32,000 nt of DNA from Candidatus Saccharimonadota bacterium. GTDB lineage: Bacteria; Bacteroidota; Bacteroidia; Cytophagales; Amoebophilaceae. Below the pieces are notes generated by a model. The model saw only the letters and a list, made by a program, of their open reading frames with translations. It was not told the origin of the DNA and did not search any database. Shown here piece by piece: positions 1 through 8,800 of this stretch; the first letter of the stretch is position 1; every line of letters begins with the position of its first letter. The DNA is taken from the NCBI RefSeq assembly GCF_936981045.1, contig NZ_OW441264.1, positions 270,001 through 302,000 of the forward strand. The letters run 5' to 3'. Made by a program: the position numbers and the translations under genes.

Positions 1-2835
1 TTAGAAACTATTAATCAATATAGTTTAACCAATATAGCTGGAATAGCTAATCAGGAAGGTGTGGCAGTAAGTCAACTATGCGATAGCTTAGCTATAGATA
101 GTAAACCTTTACACGAACAATTATCATTACAATCTATTGATAATCCAGATATAGCAGTAGTAGATACCAACCTAGCCTATATAATTTATACTTCAGGAAC
201 TACTGGTAAGCCTAAAGGAGTGATGGTGGAACATAAAGGGGTCGTGAATTTAAGATATGATTTAACAGATAGGTATCAGCTTGGCCATACAGATAATAAT
301 GAAGCCATTTTACAATTTGCTGATTATGTGTTTGACGCTTCAGTAGAGCAAATGGTATTGCCTCTATTAGGTGGTTACCTATTGGTACTTATTCCAAACC
401 AGTTATGGTTAGATAAACAACAGTTTTATAATTATCTAATTACCCATAAAGTTACCCATATGGATGCTACACCTACCTTTTTAGAGCAATGCAATTTTAG
501 TCAAGTTGCAAGTTTAAAGAGATTGGTATGTGGAGGAGACTTGCTCAGTCAAGATCGCTACAACAAAATAAGGCTAGCAGTACGTGATGATCTCACCATA
601 ATAAATGAATATGGACCTACGGAAGCATCTATAACTTCTATAGTTAATGTTATCCAAAATGATACTCTAATAACGATAGGGGTGCCTATTTCCAACATGA
701 GGTGTTATGTAGTAGATAGTAACTTAACCCTCTTACCTATAGGTGCCATAGGAGAACTATACATAGGAGGTATAGGTCCAACTAGAGGTTATTTCAATAG
801 ACCAGATCTTACCGCCGAGCGATTTATGGCCAATCCCTTCCAAACTGAAGACGAAAGAAGATCAGGAAAAAACGCAAGGTTATATAAAACAGGAGATTTA
901 GTTAGATGGTTACCTGATGGTAATTTGGAATATATAGGAAGGAATGATTTTCAAGTTAAGATTAGAGGTTATCGTGTTGAACTAGGAGAGATTGAAGCTG
1001 CTTTATCTAGTTATCCAGCTATTAAACAAAGTGTGGTACTAGCTAGAGAGCATAAGGACAAGGCAGAGGGTGGAGTTGGTTATAAATATCTAGTGGGTTA
1101 TTATGTAGCAGAGACTAGATTAGATGAAGGAGCAATACTTAATTATCTGCAATCTAAATTACCAGACTATATGGTACCTGCTCTATTAGTACACTTAGAT
1201 CAGCTACCCCTTACCATTAATGGTAAATTGGATAGAAAAGCTTTACCAGAGCCTGAATTTACCAATCAAGATAGTTATGTAGCGCCAAGGAATGAGCTAG
1301 AAAGAAAGGTATGCCAGATATGGGCAGAGGTATTGGGATTAGCCGCAGATAAAGTGGGCATAGAAGATGATTTCTTTAGGTTAGGAGGAGATAGTATTGT
1401 CAGTATTCAGTTGGTAAGTAGGTTGCGACAAAAATTAGGATTACAGATTAGTGTTAAAGATATCTTTAGCTATAAAAGCATTGCTAGTCTTTATGATCAT
1501 GTTTTAAGCAAAGTGCAGGATAAAGCACTACCACTTATACAAGCCGAACAGGGTATATTAAGTGGTAAAGTCGACTTACTACCAGTACAGCAATGGTTCC
1601 TTGAACATGATTTTTCTAATCCTCATTATTGGAACCAATCATTTTTAATTAAGACGCCAAAATTAGAGCTGGATCAATTAGAAAAGAGTCTAGTTAAATT
1701 GATTCAATATCATGATAGTTTTAGATTAAAATATAGCAAGTCAGGTGATGGGAGTTACTATCAATATTATGATGCGCAGGCTATACCAGCATCATTAAAA
1801 ATATTAGATATTCAGACATTAGGATTGCAAGAAGTCAGTCAACCATTTGAAAACAAACTACAAGAAGTATACACTGCTTGGCAAAGTAACTTTAACTTAA
1901 CAGAGGGCCCACTCTATAGCATTGGTTATCTATATGGTTATAAGGATGGCAGTGCTAGAATCTATTTTGCCCTTCATCACTTAATGGTAGATAGCGTAAG
2001 TTGGCGCATATTAGCTGAAGACTTAAGAAATATTTACTATGGTAAAGATTTAGGTAGTAAAGGCAGTAGCTACCGCCAATGGGTAAAGACAGTGCAAGCA
2101 TATGCTATTAATCATCAAGAGGAAGAAGCTTACTGGAATGCTATCTTAGTGGATTATGATGGGGATCAATTCAATAAATTAATAGTTAGTGAAACTACTG
2201 CTAACCAGGCCAGTATACAACTAAGTCCAGAACAAACTACTCAGTTGTTACAGGAAAGTAACCAAGCCTATCATACCCAAATCAATGATCTATTGTTGAC
2301 AGCCCTTGCTTACAGTTTGGCTAGAGTTACAAGCAATAAGGTTAATCACATAGTGTTAGAAGGCCATGGTCGGGAAGAAATTGATAGTAGTATTGATGTA
2401 ACTAGAACATTAGGTTGGTTTACTACTATTTATCCAGTTCGGTTAACGGTAAGGGAGAGATTGGATGATAGCATTAAACATATTAAAGAAAGTTTAAGGG
2501 AAATACCTAATAAGGGAATAGGTTATGGTCCATTAATAGGTTATCAAGATGATGTCTTACCAAGGATAAGCTTTAACTATTTAGGACAGTTTGGTAGTGG
2601 TCAAGTTCAGAATGATTGGCAGATAGTAGGAGAGGGTAGTGGTGTACAAATAGATGCTACTAACCAAGACCATCATATCCTGAACATTAATGGCTTAGTG
2701 GTAGATGGAAGGTTGACCTTTACTATACTAAGCAAACTGGATAAACAAGCTACTGATCAATTAGCGAATAGTTTTAAGAAACACTTAGCAGCTATCATTG
2801 ACCATACTGCAAGTCAAAGCAGAAGCTATTTAACG
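1..2835 (+). other. NRPS module n (partial): A (from before core A3) - T - E
   Basis: A cores A3-A10 lie in 180-1250. The T domain is ~1282-1510 with a GGDSI motif, the variant typical of carrier domains that feed an E domain. The E domain is ~1540-2835 (LLPVQQWF, HHLMVDSVSWRIL). Domain borders are approximate (+/-30 bp). Confidence 0.85.
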
Positions 2836-5800
2836 GTAAGTGATATAGATCATATCATCAGCCAAGAGAGGTTAGATCTATTACAGGCATCCAGGGAGAT
2901 AGAAGGAATATATTTAGCCAATAGTTTGCAACAAGGCTTTGTCTATCATGCTTTACATCAGGGAGATGTGGATGATGCTTATTTTGTTCAAACGATTTCG
3001 CAATATCATAATCCATTGAATGTAGAGCAACTAAAAGAAGCCTGGAGCCACGCACAGGCTAAATATGCTAGTTTACGATTAAGATTAGATTGGGAAGAAA
3101 AAGTGGTACAAATCATAGATAAAGAAGGTAGCCTAGATTGGCGCTATATAGATCTAAGTCAAGAAGCAAACTTAACAGAGCAAGAAAATCAAATCAAACA
3201 TATTCAACAACAAGATCGCCTTGAACCCTATGATTTAGGGGAAGGTAATTTGTTTAGAGTCTATTTAATTAAACAAAAACAGAATCTTTATACCTGTATC
3301 TCTAGCAGCCATCATATTATATTAGATGGATGGAGTAGCCCCATCTTACTAGGGTATGTGCATGATTGTTACATACGATTACAAAATCGAGAAGTGATTT
3401 CAGTACAGCCAGATCATACTTACCTATCGGCACAGCACTATCTACAAAACCATCAAGCAGATCATAAGGATTACTGGGACAACTATATTGCTCAAATAGA
3501 CGAGCATAGCGATTTGAGTGGTTTGCTTATAAATAGAGATAAGCGGCTAAGCGATTATAAGCATATTCTTCAACCAGTTGAGCAAACCTTAACTATTAGT
3601 GATAACTTATATGGTCGTCTAAAATCATTAAGTCAGCAGGAGGGTATAACCTTAAATTCCATATTACAATATAGTTGGCATAAACTACTTAGTATTTATG
3701 GAGATAATACTCAAACGATAGTAGGCACTACGTTATCAGGTAGAAATTTACCAGTAGATGATATAGAGTGCTCAGTAGGACTGTATATTAATACTTTACC
3801 TTTAGTAGTCAAACACCAGTTAAATAAAAGCATTATAGATGCTATTAAGAATATTCAAAGTACCATTCATGAGCTAAATAGTAGAAGCAATGTAAGTTTA
3901 GCTAAACTACAGCCAGGTGGTCAACGCTTATTTGATAGTTTGTTTGTCTATGAGAATTATCCTAATCCAACTGGTGGCCATCAAGATAAGATTAAGCTAA
4001 GCTTTAAGGGAAGTATAGAGAAATTAGATTATCCATTGGCAGTTACAGCCTATGAAGGTAATAACCAACTAACAGTTACCTTTAAATATGCTGGTGAATT
4101 ATTTAGTGAGGACACGATAGCCTCTTTGTTATCCTTGATTAGGTTACTATTGGAACAAATAGCAGCTGATTGTTATCAAGCAGCAAGTAATTTAGATTAT
4201 CTTATTGATAAGCAGTATAATCAAATTGTTTACAATTGGAATGCTACAGATAAAGCATATCCAGTTCATAAGACCATCCATCAGTTATTTGAAGAGCAGG
4301 TAGTAAGAACCCCAGATCATATAGCAGTAGTATATGAAGAGGTAAAGCTTACTTATAAAGAGCTAAATGAAAAATCTAATCAGTTAGCTAATTATTTAGT
4401 AGCGCATTATCAAATTCAACCTGATGCGTTAATAGCTTTGTGTTTGGACCGTAGTGAGCATATGTTGATAGTGATTTTAGCTGTGTTAAAAGCTGGAGGA
4501 GCCTATGTACCTATTGATCCAAGCTATCCTAATGAAAGGATTCAGTATATACTGGAAGATACTGATACTAAGTTAGTATTGACTAATCAGATCCATCAGC
4601 AAAGGCTAGAAGCTATTAGTCAATATAATTTGACCAATACAGTTGGAATAGCTAATCAGGAAGGTGTAGCAGTAAGTCAATGCGACATCTTAGCTATAGA
4701 TAGTAAGCCTTTAGGGGAGCAATTATTATTACAATCAATAGCTAATCCAAATACAGCAACAATAATAAGTACTCATTTAGCCTATGTAATCTATACTTCA
4801 GGAACTACTGCGAAGCCTAAGGGGGTAATGGTGGAGCATAGAGCAGTTATATCCCTTATAGTAAATGTTACTTATGTAGATATTGACGCTACTGATTCAT
4901 TTATCCAACTTGCTGATATAGCATTTGATGCTGCAGTCTTTGAAATATGGGGTGCTTTATTAAAGGGAGCCCGATTACGTATTCCAGGTAATAGAATGGA
5001 TATACTTAACAATACTAACCTGTTTATAGAAATATTAGCAACTAATGGAATTTCAGTATTGTTTTTGACAAAAACTTTGTTTGATCAGTTGTTTTTAATG
5101 GACCAAAGCATTTTTAGAGGACTTAAGTATCTACTAGTTGGTGGCGAAGCACTAGATCCAAAGCTAATATCTCAACTAATAAGCTCAACATATATACCTC
5201 GAAATATTGTTAATGCTTATGGCCCTACTGAAAATAGCGTATTTAGTTGTGCATTAAATATCAATAGAGATAATATAGCTGATAAAAATTCTATACCTAT
5301 TGGTATTCCATTAACTAATAGAAAGGCATATGTATTAGATACCACCTTAACTCCCCTACCTATAGGAGCTATAGGAGAATTGTATATAGGCGGAGCAGGT
5401 CTAGCCCGAGGTTACTTAAACAGATCTGACCTTACCGCTGAGCGGTTTATAGCTAATCCATTCCAAACTGGAGAAGAGAAAAGATTAGGAAAGAATGCAA
5501 GATTATATAAAACGGGAGATTTAGTACGTTGGTTACCAGATGGTAATTTGGAGTGTATAGGAAGGAATGATTTCCAAGTTAAAATTAGAGGTTATCGTAT
5601 TGAATTAGGAGAAGTTGAAACTGCTTTATCCAGTTATCCAGCTATTAAACAAAGTGTGGTACTAGCTAGAGAGCATAAGGACAAGGCAGAGGGTGGAGCT
5701 GGTCATAAATATCTAGTGGGTTATTATGTATCAGAGACTAGATTAGATGAAGGAGCAATACTTAATTATCTGCAATCTAAATTACCAGACTATATGGTAC

Positions 5801-8800
5801 CTGCTCTATTGGTACACCTAGATCAGCTACCTCTTACCATTAATGGTAAATTGGATAGAAAAGCTTTACCAGAGCCTGAATTTACCAATCAAGGTGGTTA
5901 TGTAGCGCCAAGGAATGGGCTAGAAAAAAAGGTATGCCAGATATGGGCAGAGGTATTAGGATTGGATGAAGATAAAGTAGGCATAGAGGATGATTTCTTT
6001 AGATTAGGGGGAGATAGTATTGTAAGTATTCAGTTGGTCAGTAGATTAAGGCAAAAGCTAGGATTACATATTGGTGTTAAAGATATTTTTACTTATAAAA
6101 CCATTGAAAAACTTTATGATCATGTCTTGAGTAAAAAGGTAGATAGTGATGCACAGTTAAAAACTGAGCAAGGTATACTAACGGGTGAACTACCCTTACT
6201 ACCGGTACAACAATGGTTCTTTGCACATAACTTTACCGCTGCTCATCATTGGAATCAAGCATTTCTAATCAAAACACTTAATTTAGATTTAAATCAACTA
6301 GAAAAAGGTATAGCGCAATTGGTCCAGCACCATGATGGCTTTAGGTTAAGGTATAAGAAAGTAGCAGAGCAGGAGCATTATGGGCAATATTATGATGCAA
6401 ATGCAGCAGTAGAACCACTAAAGGTGTTAGATGTTAGGACGTTACCAGTTAAAGAAGGTAGTAAATCATTTGAGGCTAAGTTACAGGAAGTATTAGCCGA
6501 TTGGCAAAGTGGATTTGATTTGGAAAATGGACCAGTCTATAACATAGGCTATATCCATGGGTATCAAGATGGTAGTAGCCGCATCCATTTTTCCCTACAC
6601 CATTTAATAGTAGATGCGGTAAGTTGGCGTATATTGACTGAAGATCTAAAGGCTATTTACCATGGTCATAAGTTAGGCTTAAAAGGCAGTAGTTACCGCC
6701 AATGGGTGCATGCAGTAGAGGAATATGCAGCTAGTCATGCATCTGAAAAAGACTACTGGATCCATGTTTTATCCGATTATAACAGCAGTCCGTTGAATGG
6801 TTTGATGGTCAGTGAAACTACCTGCCACTACAGTAGTCTACAACTAAGCAAGCAACAAACGGTTCGGTTGTTACAGAAAAGTAACCAAGCCTACCATACC
6901 CAAATCAATGATCTATTGTTGACAGCCCTTGGTTATAGTTTAGCTGAAATCACTGGCCATAGGGTTAACCATATTGTGTTAGAAGGTCATGGTCGAGAAG
7001 CGATTGATGGTAGTATTGATGTAACTAGAACATTAGGTTGGTTCACTACCATCTATCCGGTTCGCTTAGAGATCAGTGCATCATTAGCAGATAGTATCAA
7101 GCATATCAAGGGCAATCTAAGAAAGATCCCCCATAAGGGCATAGGTTACGGCACTTTATTGGGTTATAAAAAGGATCTACCCAAGATAAGTTTTAATTAC
7201 CTAGGACAATTTGATAAGAAAGATGGAACATTAGATGGATGGCCTATTGTTAGTGAAGCGGCTGGTATAACCGTAGATGGTGCCAATCAAGATCCTTGTA
7301 TTATTAATATCAATGGCCTAGTAATCAATGGTCAACTTCAGTTTGATATATCCAGTAAGCTAGATATAGCCACTACCCAAAAACTGGCTGACGCGTTTAA
7401 GCAAAAACTGGAAGAGGTCATTGATCATACCGTAGGGCAAACCAGAAGTCATTTAACCACAAGTGATATAGATTACATTATCAGTCAAGAGCGGTTAGAT
7501 CTATTACAGGAATCCAGAGAAATAGAAGGAGTATATTTGGCCAATAGCTTACAACAAGGCTTTATCTACCATGCTTTAAGCCAAGGAGACATCGATGATG
7601 CCTATCGCATACAAGTGATTTGGGAATATCATACTTCATTAGATGTTGATCACTTAAAAGAAGCTTGGACATTGGCTCAAGCTAAGTTTGGTAGTTTACG
7701 ATTAAGACTAGACTGGCAAGGGGAGTTGATTCAAATAATAGATAGGGTAGGTTACTTAAATTGGCATTATATCGATATAAGTCAAATGCAAGATCTGGCT
7801 GCCCAATCTACTAAGATTAAGCAAATTCAAGAACAAGATCGACAGGAACCCTATAACCTAGCCTTAGGTAATCTGTTTAGAGTATATTTAATTAAACAAA
7901 AGAAAGATTTATATACCTGCATTTTTAGTAATCACCATGCCATACTAGATGGTTGGAGCAACCAAATACTATTGAAATATGTGCATGATACTTACTTAAA
8001 ACTACAAGCGCAAGCAGTTATACCATTAAAAGTAGATGCTAGTTATCCAGCCGCACAGCAATATATACAGACTCATCAGGCAGCCAATAAGGATTACTGG
8101 GATGGATATATAGCACAAATAGAAGAACGAACTGACTTAAGTGGATTATTATCTAGTAGTGGCCAACAGTTACGCATCAACGAACATAGGCATATCCGTA
8201 ATCCTCAGGATCAAATAGTAAGCATTATAGGTAATCTGTATGATGGATTAAAGCAATTAAGCCAGGTAGCAGGTGTAACTTTAAATGCGTTGCTACAATA
8301 TGTATGGCATAAAGTATTAAGTATTTATGGAAACAGTCTTCAAACGGTAGTAGGTACTACTGTGTCAGGTAGAAATCTTCCTATAGATGATATAGAACAC
8401 TCGGTAGGGTTATATATCAATACCCTTCCTTTGGTAGTAACCCATCAAGGTGATATAAGCGTTATAGAGGCTATCAGGAAGATCCAAAGCGATATCAATG
8501 AGATCAATAGCAGAAGCGATATAAGCTTGGCTAAGCTACAGAAAGAGGGTCAAAGGTTATTTGATAGCTTATTTGTATATGAAAATTATCCTGATTTAAT
8601 TGGTAAGGAAGCGCATGAAGATATAAAAATAAGCTTTAAAGAATCGGTAGAGAAACTGGACTATCCATTAGCGGTAATAGCTTATGAAGCCAATCATCAG
8701 TTAACTTTTGTGCTTAAATATGCAGGAGAATTATTTAGCAAAGATACTATAGCAGATTTATTATTGATCGTTCAAGGCTTACTTGAACAAATAGCTAGTG

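Noticed and set aside
61-63. GTG at 61 as the NRPS start codon, as the ORF track suggests
   Set aside because: Frame 1 is open from base 1. Codons 1-60 continue the A-domain repeat text seen at ~4606 and ~9238, so the gene starts upstream of the window.
2858-3055. Short antisense or embedded ORFs inside long genes (2858-3055, 11133-11375, 14065-14328, 14882-15067, 15194-15409, 16917-17225, 24440-24628, 26540-26875, 27113-27313, 28306-28500)
   Set aside because: Each lies wholly inside a well-supported gene on the other strand. They have low-complexity or odd composition and no recognisable motifs, as expected by chance in AT-rich DNA.
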